Shown piece after piece: positions 54,384-64,000 of a stretch of 64,000 nt of DNA. Each line of letters starts with the position of its first letter. Position 1 is the first letter of the stretch. Below the pieces are notes generated by a model, which was given only the letters and a program-made list of their open reading frames with translations, did not search any database and was not told where the DNA came from. The stretch comes from Fimicolochytrium jonesii (lineage: Eukaryota): the NCBI RefSeq assembly GCF_025526975.1, contig NW_026515671.1, positions 1,674,001-1,738,000 of the forward strand, in the 5' to 3' direction. The translations under genes were made by a program, and so were the position numbers.

Positions 54384-57300
54384 CGGCTCAATCGCGAACT
54401 ACGATACAAGTATTTTGGGATAGAGGGGTGGTACGACGTATGCGCGGAATCTTTTTGGACACGTACACACAAACACACATTGGACGGAAGAGCAAAGAAC
54501 TAAAACCACAGAAAAAAAGCGTTACGAAACAACACCCCCCGGCCCCTACGCAAAACACCTAGACGTAATTTAACCCAAACGATACCCCACCGGCCCAAAC
54601 CAAACGGTCATCATCGAAAACCCGATATCAGAAAAACAAGAGCTGAACGTCCGCACAAACGAAGTGAAGATTACGAGAACTTTCAGCAGCTGGCATCCCT
54701 TGCTTATAAGCGAACCTGCACAGCACGGACTTAGATAGATGGGCGAAAGAAGTGTACAAAAGAGTAATAATGGACATATGGAATGAAGTGTGATATTGTA
54801 TATGAACCGAAAAATATGTGGGGCGGAGGAGAGATGACGAGGTTTAAGGGAGGAGGACTACAGAAGCGGGGATGCTACTTTTATGAGTCCCTGTGTATGT
54901 GGTCTCCTCCCCCTTCGTCGAGAACGTTTGAAGTTTTTGGATAACTTTTCCCCCCTTTGTGTACCGAAAAGGTCGATATAAATAAAAACAGAACATATAT
55001 ATATTGCGGTTGCTGGGATTATGCGTTCCAGGACTCTGCCATCTCGACTCGGTTTCCAAAGAAAGCAGTACACATGTTTGGATCCTCGCAGACTAGTAAG
55101 AACCGCATCCATCTACATGAAAACATATGGTGCTGCATGAGGAGCTACGGGTCCCTGCAGCAAAACCCTTTCTGGTTCATCGGAGTTCCTCGGTCTTTGA
55201 CGGTTAGTCGTCAAACACAAGTAGTTGGGATAGATGTGGGCCACCTAGCCTCCTGTACAGCGGCGGGTGGGATTCTCGGAGCCATGATGCAAGTGCGTCG
55301 CGTTGATGAGAGGATTGCTCTTTCATCGACGCGACGCGCTTGTACAGTACAATGGGCTTCGCTCTGGCACACGCAATGCTGACAAGCCGCAGTGCCCTCT
55401 CCTTAAGGATGTGGTTGACGCCAAGCAATGAGGTGCTTAAGAGGTGCTTCGGAAGAATGACGGACACCAGGAGCCGAATCACATGCGTGTCCTTGTTTAC
55501 CGCCTAATCCCGCTCACTCCCGCGGGGCTTCCGCGTACCGCGCAGACAGTATCATGCATATTTTTCGGTGCCAGGCGGCATTCGGTATGAACATTCGTTG
55601 AATGGCACCCAAGTGCTGGCTCGAGACAGGGAGTGTCGTCGGCTATATCTGGGGGCGAGCTTGCACGTTCCACTAGTCTGCTGTGTTACACCAACGTATT
55701 GGCGCTATCCACAAGAACCCCTGCCGTCGCTACACTTCTCTGAACACGTTCTAGATGTCCACTGCCATTGTTTCGGCTCGGGCAAAGTGATGTCCAGTGA
55801 AGCGGAACAACCATTCAGCAATGCCTGGAAACAAGCAGATTTGTGAGGTTAGCGTGCTCGTAATTTGGAGTGCAGAGAGGTCTGCAGCCCGTTCTCAAAG
55901 GGTTTCTGACTTCGCTCAATGTTGCCGTAACCCCACGTCCAATATCCCCTCGTAGTCTGTACAGAGTCTCGTGGCGCTTCGTCCACCGGACGCTGTGATA
56001 AAATCCTTCTTAGCTCATTATACAAGTCATTGAGCGTTCAGTGTCGTTCCGGTCGTGGAGCGAGGGAATTCTACTCTCTTTGGGCGTCTTTGTCCGGACG
56101 CCATGGAGCGTCGTTGCACAAATCTCGAAAACGTTATATATATGTCCGGGGCTATGCAAGAAATTGTGAGGTCAGGCTGCTCGACCCGCCGTTTTCTTGC
56201 CCAGGTGTTCCTGCCGCTTAAAAGTCGATCCTTCGATTTCAAAACAAGACCTGGTTCGTTGATAGGCTTGCCCAGGATTTGTCGCTCGTGTGGTGTTTAC
56301 CAGGGCGTATGAAAAATGGTACGGCTAGCGAGGTGGTCGCACCAAATGTGGCAAACGCTCTGGGTATGCGGCAACACAGACGTCACGTTCCGCAGAATCT
56401 TTTCGCTGTCTCGTCTCTTTTTCCCCTTTCGAGCAACTGGCTTTGACCCCTCGAAGTACCCAAGCGGCAGTTTTATCCCTGTTCTGGACAACTGCGACGC
56501 CATCTGCCTTCTCTCGCTCCACAAAGACCTCGTTCGATATTTCGCCGGAACGCCAGACGGTGTTCATACGCACAAAGCCCGGTCTAGTGACCCGGTATCG
56601 AAACAACAGTTGGTACGTCTGGTTTAATGCCATCGTTGCTGACTAAGACCCTTTAGTTCTTCGAAACACAGTGTGTCCGCGCATCGAGGCTCCAGCATCT
56701 CCATTACTGTTCTTCAATAGCCTAGCGCCATACAAATCGTAAGGGCCCCAGTCCGTCATCCTTGTCCCAGTTTCTACAGTCCCAATGTGTTGTGCAACCG
56801 TCTTCCTCGCGACTTCCTCCGCTCCACCAGACAGACCAGATGAAGTTCACGTTCGCTGGCCGGCGTGACGTCTGCAGTCTTGAGCTATGAAATGCTTCCA
56901 CCTCCCTGACCCCTGTGGGACCACGGATGCTTCTTCGTCCCGGAACCGATGCCCTCAAGTCAGCCTCAAGTGTCTGAGCCAGTGTCTGAGCGGAGCTTGG
57001 AGGAGACCGCCGTCCTCGACATCCTCGCCCCGACACGCCTCGACTCTGGGGACTGCCTGAACCGAACCCCTAATCGTCCCTGCTATCTCATGGCAGGCAT
57101 CGACAAACACAAGTTAGATTCAGTTAGAACCCACATTATACCAACAACTCCGCGATAGAGGCCTTCTCGGACGCGTTGGGTCGCTCCTCAGCCGTATACA
57201 ACCAAATTAGAAAAATTATACCTTTTTCACAAAAGTTTTTTAGGATGAAGAGTGTATCTTTTTTTTCAGAAAAAAAAGGTGAGCTCCCTACTGGGGAACT

Positions 57301-57468
57301 TCTTGAAAACGGTGTAATCGTTCTGACTGGTATAATCGGTCCACCACGAGACACAACGAACATTCCCCCCAATGGAAGATCGCTTGCTTAGTTCAGCACT
57401 ACACTGCAAATAGTCTACGAAACGCTAACATTGTGGGAAGCAGAAACTTGGCCTAGGAGCGTTGTGCA

Positions 57469-58074
57469 TTAGGACGTGGAGAGCAACTGTGATTCCTTCA
57501 GATGGGACTTACGGGAAACGCGGATCGTTAGCGTGGTGGCGGTTGTTGTCGCCTGCATACCATCAACGTAGTCCTTGGCTTTTTGAACCGCCTGCTTTGA
57601 GACTGGAAGACCGTACTCTGTGGCCAATGTTTTGATGACATGATGCTCGTGTCCTAGGTCGTCCTTCAGTTTTTGGACGGTGTTTGCATCCAACAGCATT
57701 TCTTTGTTTTGGAAAACCTCCACTAAATAAGACGGGTCAGTCGAAACGTCCTGAGTATTGTATAAATCTATGCACCTGCCGGTCTGACTAGTGTGATTAG
57801 CATTGTCATACGTGAGTATGATGTTGTTATAACGGAGCACAAGGTCTTTGGCGTTGTTCATTTGATCAGCAATGGCCTGAGATGTCTCTTCATTTGTGAT
57901 GCCGGGGAAGACTGTTGGTTTGTTGCGAATGTCGGCAGCTTTGAACTGACCGCTACTGGGGAACTCCAACTTCGCAGTTACTTGAGTAGCCATTTGGGAT
58001 CGGAAGGAAGTGAGAATGCGGCAGGTTTCAATGTTGGGATCCTCCACGAAGGAGGAGGGGTTGGGTTTCATCAA
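57469..58074 (-). CDS. Hypothetical protein or gene/transposon relic
   Basis: 201-aa ORF (frame open from ~58176) with protein-like composition and more A/T-rich codons than neighbouring genes; no family recognised. Confidence 0.35.
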   Translation of the reverse strand: MMKPNPSSFVEDPNIETCRILTSFRSQMATQVTAKLEFPSSGQFKAADIRNKPTVFPGITNEETSQAIADQMNNAKDLVLRYNNIILTYDNANHTSQTGRCIDLYNTQDVSTDPSYLVEVFQNKEMLLDANTVQKLKDDLGHEHHVIKTLATEYGLPVSKQAVQKAKDYVDGMQATTTATTLTIRVSRKSHLKESQLLSTS

Positions 58075-58263
58075 CCGTCCTTTTATTGACCTACTGGCGA
58101 ATGAGTTGTTCCCGCTGCGCGAAGTGGCAGGAATAATGAGATTGTCATTCTCATTTGTGTACCCACAGGTAGTAAGTCATGCTCGTAACCGTTACGCGAA
58201 ACGCACCAGCACTGGCTCATGCGACGACGATACCGCGCGTGCAGCGGCGACATCCGGGCGTGA

Positions 58264-58490
58264 CTAGAAATGGGTAACTCGTGCTAAATGTGGGTAGCTC
58301 ACCTCAAGAATAAGACTTTTTTACAGCCAAAGTGAACCATTTGATTAACAAACCTAACCCCTTTGCCTTCGGTGAGTCGGCCTTACCCGGCCTCCTACAA
58401 TCAGGGTCTACTCGCTCCGCTCGGCAGCTGCCTAACTAGTCTAACCCTAACCCGAGTTACTCACATTTAGCACGAGTTACCCACTTCTAG
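58264..58490. mobile_element. MITE-like non-autonomous DNA transposon
   Basis: 37-bp inverted repeats at 58264-58300 (CTAGAAATGGGTAACTCGTGCTAAATGTGGGTAGCTC) and 58454-58490, 3 mismatches, around a non-coding interior; TA or CTAG duplication at the ends. Confidence 0.8.
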
Positions 58491-58714
58491 TCAATCCCGC
58501 GACATCCTCGCCGCTTACATAATCTGGACTCTGACTCACCTCGCCGCGAATCCTCACAAAAGTTCGACAGCGCGGGTCTTCGGGTGACACTATTCTGGGA
58601 CCGATGGACTTTCGACCAAAGTTTCTTTTCCGGGGTTCGGGAGAAGCATTCCTCCAAAGCTTCGGTTACTATCAATAAACAGTGGGAAGCTTCGGAGAGT
58701 GGAGTGAAAAAAAG

Positions 58715-58721
58715 TATATAA
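58715..58721 (+). promoter_or_regulatory. TATA box candidate
   Basis: TATATAA upstream of a putative 5'UTR intron (58833-58905, GTAAGC...ACTAAC...TTCAG) and the ATG at 58927. Confidence 0.5.
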
Positions 58722-58926
58722 GGCAGGGGGGTCTCTAGGCAAAAACTTCCCTCTTCCATCATTTCTCATACAAGCTTATAAAACGACAACTTTCTCTCGT
58801 ATCTCGCCCACCCACCTTATTTCATCTGTCATGTAAGCCAGCTTTTCCCCTGGCTTTCGTCCTTGCTTTGTTGTCGGATTGGAGGGATCGGGACTAACTT
58901 TTCAGCCTTTGGCTTTCCCCAGTTCA

Positions 58927-59523
58927 ATGAACAGCTTCACCGCCAACATCGACGACACGCCAGCATCCTCTTCCAGCAGCAGCCGCAGTCCCAGCCCCAT
59001 CCTCGGCTTCTCTCATCGCGACATGGTAGTCGTTCACATTTCGCCGGCGCTCCCACAACAGCCACCCTCGCCCACTCCGCAGCTCGACGCAATGGATATG
59101 GATCTCTACATGGATGACGAGCCGGTATCATGCCCGTGCTCTGAAGCGTCTGCATCGCCTTACTGCTTTCGCGCCTCTAAAACAGCAACAATCACTTCGC
59201 ATGCAACATGGGCGTACATCCCGAAAACTCCTCCTTACAAACGCAGCATGGTCACCGTCACCATCACCCCCGCGGCGCCTCGCCACAGCAATGGAAACCA
59301 ACAGAACCGCATTCCGGCAGCATCCCTGAGGAACCAGGAGGCTCGCTTCAAACCGTACCGTCGCCCTGCTGGATCGAACTTGGAAAAGTTGAGGATCGTC
59401 CGTCAACGGAGCCCGATGGCTGTGGACCATGTGACGCTTTCAGCGACGATGCTGGCGACGACGAGCGATGTGGATGTGGATGCTCCTCTTATTCGGACTC
59501 GTGCTCGTGCGGCTTCCGTCTAG
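58927..59523 (+). CDS. Hypothetical disordered protein (~198 aa)
   Basis: ORF MNSFTANIDD...RFKPYRRP...; preceded by a TATA box and a canonical 5'UTR intron. Confidence 0.55.
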   Translation: MNSFTANIDDTPASSSSSSRSPSPILGFSHRDMVVVHISPALPQQPPSPTPQLDAMDMDLYMDDEPVSCPCSEASASPYCFRASKTATITSHATWAYIPKTPPYKRSMVTVTITPAAPRHSNGNQQNRIPAASLRNQEARFKPYRRPAGSNLEKLRIVRQRSPMAVDHVTLSATMLATTSDVDVDAPLIRTRARAASV

Positions 59524-60282
59524 GGAAAACGTTCCAGGTTTGGCAAATTACATCTAATGATTTAGTTCCATAAGGCGGTTTTGGAGCAAGGATCTGTCCA
59601 TACTTTCCAATGCTTGCGTGAGTACTAGGATAGAGACTGATGATAGCATAAACTCTTCAGACAGACATGATAAAAGATATGTGACTTTTGAGTGAATATA
59701 TATCGGCGTGGCCTTGATAAGATTGCCCATATGCGTGAGAGGCGTGCTCCTGCCTACTATTGAACCCCCCCCAGTCCTTCTGCGGGAGAGGGAGAGAGGC
59801 GCGTGTGAATCTCTCCCAATGTGAGTCACCCCTCCCCACAACGAAGCCGCACATCGATCCTCTGCCGTTTTTGCACCACAAGCCATCGTAAAAGCCCTAT
59901 CTATCTCCCCATCCTCCCGACACCCACCCTACCAGGGTTCGAGCTGCCTCGTCTGCGTCGGTTCCAGCCGCTTTGAGGTTTCTTTCGGTCATGCGAGTGG
60001 TCTGCTGCCATCCGCTTTCGTTTCGCTAGGCCGTGATCGTCCTGTCATCTCACACCTCCGGAACCGCCATCGTGGGGCATTCGTCTTTCCGTTAAGGGGA
60101 ACTTTATTTTCCATATCTTATTTGTCCGCTATATTCGTACTGCAACCACCCTTTATCGTGGTGCCATACCCCGCATCTCTTCGCATCGTCGTCTCGTTTC
60201 CATAAACCACCGCGTCAGCATTCGACGCCACATTACACCCATATCCCAACCATCACTTGACACCCACCCACCGCTAAACAAA

Positions 60283-62287
60283 ATGTGGGACCCATACGGC
60301 ACCCAACAGCAGCAGCAACAGGCCGCAGGGGCAGGTGGCGATCCACAGAAGACGACGTTGTGGATGGGCGATTTGGAGCCATGGATGGAGGAGAATTATA
60401 TCAGGAGTTTGTGGTAATGTTTTTTGTGTGATTGGGGGTTGACTTCATTGTGGGGATTGTGTATTGATGGGTTTTGTGTGTTAATAGGGCGGCGATGGGG
60501 GAGCAGGTTAATGTAAAGATGATTCGGGATAAGATTACTGGGTAAGCGTTGGTGTGAGGTTTGCGGGAATATCGAGCGACAGGGAGTAATGATGCCGGGA
60601 TGGCCGCCATCGGTGTTGTTTCGCGTCGGAAGGGGCATTCCGAGTGCGGACAAGGGCGATGAATGTCGCCGGAGGTGCAAAAATGATCCCGCATGTCATC
60701 AAAATGTCCCATCCGCCGTGCGTCCCTTCTTTGTATCCTCAAGACCGAGCCCGCTGACAATCTCCTCTCATTCACAGACAAAACGCAGGCTACTGCTTCC
60801 TCGATTTCCCCACCAACCAATCCGCCAACCGCCATCTCAATAATGTGAACGGCAGCCTGATACCTGGGACGAACCGAATGTTCAAGTTGAACTGGGCGTC
60901 GGGTGGAAGAGATATTAGTACGAGGTATGAGATTTGTTCGGGTGGTAAGGAGGGTTTTCTTGCTGATGCTGATACTACGCTTTACCGCCCTGGTCTGGTA
61001 GGGAAGAGCGAGGCCCGGAGTTTTCGGTGTTTGTTGGAGATCTTGGACCTGAGGTTACCGATGCCGTTCTACTGGTATGTCTGCGAGAATCGTCATCATT
61101 AGACGAGCTTGCGATGTACTCATATCACCCTCTACTTCTTTCAAAAAGGCAACGTTTCAACAAGCCCGCTTCACAACCTGCAAATCAGCGCGTGTGGTCA
61201 CTGACCCAGCCACCGGCGCATCGCGTGGTTATGGTTTCGTCAGGTACGTCCACCCATCCTCCTCACTATCCGTTTGTCCCAACCTCCGCTCCTTCACTAA
61301 ACAATCCACATCGTCTCCCCAGATTCACCGACGAAGCCGAACAACAGCGCGCCCTTACAGAAATGCAAGGCGTGTACTGCGGCAACCGCGCCATCCGCGT
61401 CTCCGTCGCCACGCCGCGCAACAACACCGGAGGCGGAGGAGGGATGAGAGGTGCGGCGCAGCAGGGTTATTATCATCCGGCCCAGCAGCAGTATGATGCG
61501 AATAATACGACGGTGTTTGTTGGGGGCTTGGATGGGAATATCTCGGATGATGAGTTGAGGAGGTATGTTCGATGGGAGAGATCTCTTGTTCCGCGGTGGA
61601 CGCGACACGCTTTGAGTGGTTGATTGATTGATTGATTGAACCTTTATTTCTTCGGCAGTTATTTCCTCCCATTCGGCGAAATCGTGTACTCCAAAATCCC
61701 ACCCAACAAAGGCTGCGGGTTCATACAGTTTGCCCACCGCCAGTCCGCCGAGATGGCTATCATGCAGATGAACGGCGCTATCATCGGTAAAATCACGAAC
61801 TCCCCTCTTCTCTTTCCCCACCCCCCACAATCCCACTAACCCTCCGGTCCTATTCCTAGGCGGCATCCGCGTCCGCCTCTCCTGGGGCCGCACGCAACCC
61901 TCCACCCCCAAATCCGATCCCTCCTACCGCTCCTCCGCCCCCTCCTCGCCCTACATGTCGCACACCCCGCCCTACGGCACCTCAGGCGGCCCGCCAAATC
62001 TGCATTTCAACCCGATGACGATGATGGGCATGCTGGGCCACCACCCGCATCACCATCATAACCAGCAGATGCAGATGCAGATGATGCATCAGATGCATTT
62101 GCAGCAGCAGCAGATGGGGATGGGGATGGGTGGGCAGAGGGGGGTGGTGGATGAGCAGCAGCAACATCGTAGCGCCACTTCTACTGGTGGTGCCACTGGC
62201 GGTGCTGGTGAAGAGGCGAGTGAGGAAGAAGGGTTTGCGAGGAGGAAGGAAGATGGGACTGGGAAGAGTGAGCCGCGGGCTGCGTAA
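60283..62287 (+). CDS. Triple-RRM RNA-binding protein (Nam8/Ngr1/TRNAU1AP family), multi-exon
   Basis: TTLWMGDLEPWMEENYI, AGYCFLDF, FKLNWASGG, FSVFVGDLGPEV, SRGYGFVRF, NNTTVFVGGL, KGCGFIQF, VRLSWGR; Q/H/M-rich tail. Confidence 0.93.
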
Positions 62288-62695
62288 GGCGCGCCCCCAT
62301 ACTATATTTACGTCGGGGCGCGGAGACGGAAAGTGGGAGGTCGGAGCCCCAACAGCAACACACAGCGGGAAGAACCCAAAAGCGGGCAGATAGCCCCCGG
62401 GGTTTATAGGCATAGCAAAATAGTATTACAACTGTCTCACCCCGCCGCCGCCCGTTGAAAGGAAAGGCATACCATTACAACAAAGCAAAGCCATTTTGTG
62501 AACGTTGAAAGAGGGCATTGGGGATATCTATTGCTGTAGACGTGCGGAAAAAAAAAGCATCAACGCGCAGTCCCAGGTATCCAGCAGTATCCTGACCGTG
62601 CGGAAACATGAAAGATACCATATGTAATCAGATACCATTGATGAATGTCATTACACAGCTTTATGTTCGAACAGTTTTGACTGTTTCCCGACAGC

Positions 62696-62769
62696 TACAA
62701 GTTGCCATCATCGGCGACGCCTCAGGCAGAGGTACAATGATGTGGATGGCAGATAACCACCACGGAAAA
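62696..62769 (-). ncRNA. Candidate Fanzor omega-RNA scaffold / transposon right end
   Basis: Starts ~24 nt after the Fanzor stop. Self-complementary TGCCATC...GATGGCA stem encloses a CCTC-TGCCT-GAGG hairpin; ends in TA. Boundaries inferred by analogy to characterised Fanzor1 loci. Confidence 0.55.
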
Positions 62770-62792
62770 TGGGATGGGGTGAGGATTCTAGA

Positions 62793-63643
62793 CTACCTAC
62801 GGTTACGGGAGAATACGTCTGGTCTGCGGCCATTGCCAAACACCACCGAACGCACAATCGAGAGGAAATTCTTGGTGCTTAGGACGTCCCGATTGTGCAC
62901 TCTCATCCGTAGTGGTCGTCTTCCAGGAATCTCAAATGGCGTCCAGTCTTGGTTGATACATTTGGGGTTGGGGCAACCCACCAATCCATGGACGTATTCC
63001 ATTCTTCCCTTTCGGGCTTGCCACGGCCGAGGTGACAGCCGGGGTCGGATGTTTTTCTTCACACGCCCGTGGCAGTCTGGGCACACGGAAGACGTTCGAT
63101 ACTCATCTAACAAGTAGCATGGAATGCTGTTTCTTGCAAAGAGGGTGCGGAATCTGATTTCCATGATGAGTTAGCATATTAAAATACTTAAAAAACAATG
63201 ATGGTCACTCACCCCTTGGTCTTTGATGACTCCTGAAAGCGCATGGTTTTTCCAGCGTCGCTCCAATCACCCAAGATGACGGCAAAATGCTTTCCATACA
63301 GGCGTCGCATGTTCTTGATGAGCTTGCTCTCAGACTTTTGCCGCAGTGAGAACGCCTTGAATCTGCGAGCGACGTGAATCTCATCCTGGTAAAACTCATC
63401 CAGGGCGGGATCTGGGATATGGATGTCAGCCCATGTATTACCAAATTTGAAGACAAAGCATGATACATCATACCCGCATGTTCGTAATCCACAATGAACG
63501 CTGAGAACGCCTCAATGTCCATGCTCTTGTGCGACGGAATATGTGATTCCATCTCAGCGATGCCGGCATTGATCTTTCGCTCTGTCATGTCTCGTTGAAA
63601 GTACCGAGACTTTGTCTCGACCGCCCGTTGATTGGATGTGTAT
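62793..63643 (-). CDS. Fanzor1-type (TnpB/Cas12-related) RNA-guided nuclease, C-terminal ~243 aa; exons 63643-63474, 63411-63213, 63153-62793; 5' part not in window
   Basis: Spliced frame is intact: YTSNQRAVETKSRYF...LDEFYQDEIHVARRFKAFSLRQKSESKLIKNM...VILGDWS...TKG|FRTLF...YLLDEYRTSSVCPDC...VHGLVGCPNPKC...HNRDVLSTKNF...RPDVFSR. These are RuvC-II (E), zinc-finger and RuvC-III (D) motifs. Introns of 62 and 59 nt have GT-AG ends and CTRAC branch sites. Confidence 0.88.
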
Positions 63644-63682
63644 CTGGTATGGGGTGGTGCATTGTGAGATTACTACTGCCCT

Positions 63683-63878
63683 GCTGTCCCCGCTGTCCCC
63701 GCTGTCGCCGCTATCCCCGCTGCCCATCATCGGCGACGCCTCAGGCAGAGGTACAATGATGTGGATGGCAGATAACCATGCCCCTATCCCCGCTGTCGCC
63801 GCTATCCCCGCTATCCCCGCTGTCGCCGCTGTCGCCGCTGTCGCCGCCGCTATCCCCCCTGTCGCCGCCGCTGTCCCC
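63683..63878. repeat. 9-bp GC-rich minisatellite (GCTRTCSCC)n, ~14 units, interrupted by a 53-55 nt insert
   Basis: Units gctgtcccc/gctgtcgcc/gctatcccc read directly at 63683-63718 and 63783-63878. Confidence 0.9.
63724..63778. repeat. Exact 55-nt direct repeat of 62705-62759
   Basis: CCATCATCGGCGACGCCTCAGGCAGAGGTACAATGATGTGGATGGCAGATAACCA occurs identically at both positions. Confidence 0.97.
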
Positions 63879-63949
63879 GGTTTCCGAGTTATACAGCCCG
63901 TAGTGCAACATATGACCGTAACCATGTCTGTGTTCCATAGACGTCATCA

Positions 63950-64000
63950 GACACTGTGTCCGAGTGGTTAAGGAGTTTGCCTCGAAAGCAAATAGGCTTT
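63950..64000 (+). tRNA. tRNA-Ser(CGA), 3' end beyond the window
   Basis: GACACTGTGTCCGAGTGGTTAAGGAG (acceptor 5' strand, A-box/D-arm), then anticodon stem TTTGC-CTCGAAA-GCAAA (anticodon CGA at 63983-63985), then the start of a long variable arm. Confidence 0.88.

Noticed and set aside
58441..58453. Telomere or telomerase RNA template (CTAACCCTAACCC)
   Set aside because: Only two units, inside the MITE, with no other supporting structure.
62705..63778. CRISPR array from the 55-nt direct repeats
   Set aside because: Only two copies, 1 kb apart, with coding exons between them; no repeat-spacer periodicity.
62600..63945. Terminal inverted repeats delimiting the Fanzor element
   Set aside because: Only short or gapped matches (e.g. 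CATATGT); no convincing inverted pair inside the window.
63554..63971. GDS-repeat and Ala-rich ORFs as proteins
   Set aside because: They are translations of the 9-bp minisatellite and partly overlap the tRNA.

Overview
Eukaryotic, intron-rich (GT-AG introns, mostly 50-100 nt, some about 300 nt), GC-rich fungal DNA. The centriolar gene POC1 points to a zoosporic (chytrid-type) fungus; this is an inference. Most of the window is a compact run of housekeeping genes: TAF10, a kelch protein, POC1, ORC2, FCP1, a NEPRO/Rmp1-like gene, eIF2-beta, an HP1/Swi6-like gene, a UPF0132-like membrane protein, MsrA, CTR9, dephospho-CoA kinase, MLH1, a START-domain protein, a small mitochondrial protein, a multi-pass membrane protein, a ubiquitin-specific protease, a C2H2 transcription factor, a long disordered protein and a Nam8/Ngr1-like RRM protein. 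The most notable region is the last 1.3 kb. It holds a spliced, frame-intact C-terminal half of a Fanzor1-type (eukaryotic TnpB/Cas12-related) RNA-guided nuclease on the minus strand, followed by a structured ~74-nt candidate omega-RNA scaffold. An exact 55-nt second copy of that scaffold core lies upstream inside a 9-bp minisatellite, next to a divergent tRNA-Ser(CGA) cut by the window edge. A ~227-bp MITE with 37-bp inverted repeats lies at 58264-58490. Exon boundaries were read by eye and no database searches were run.
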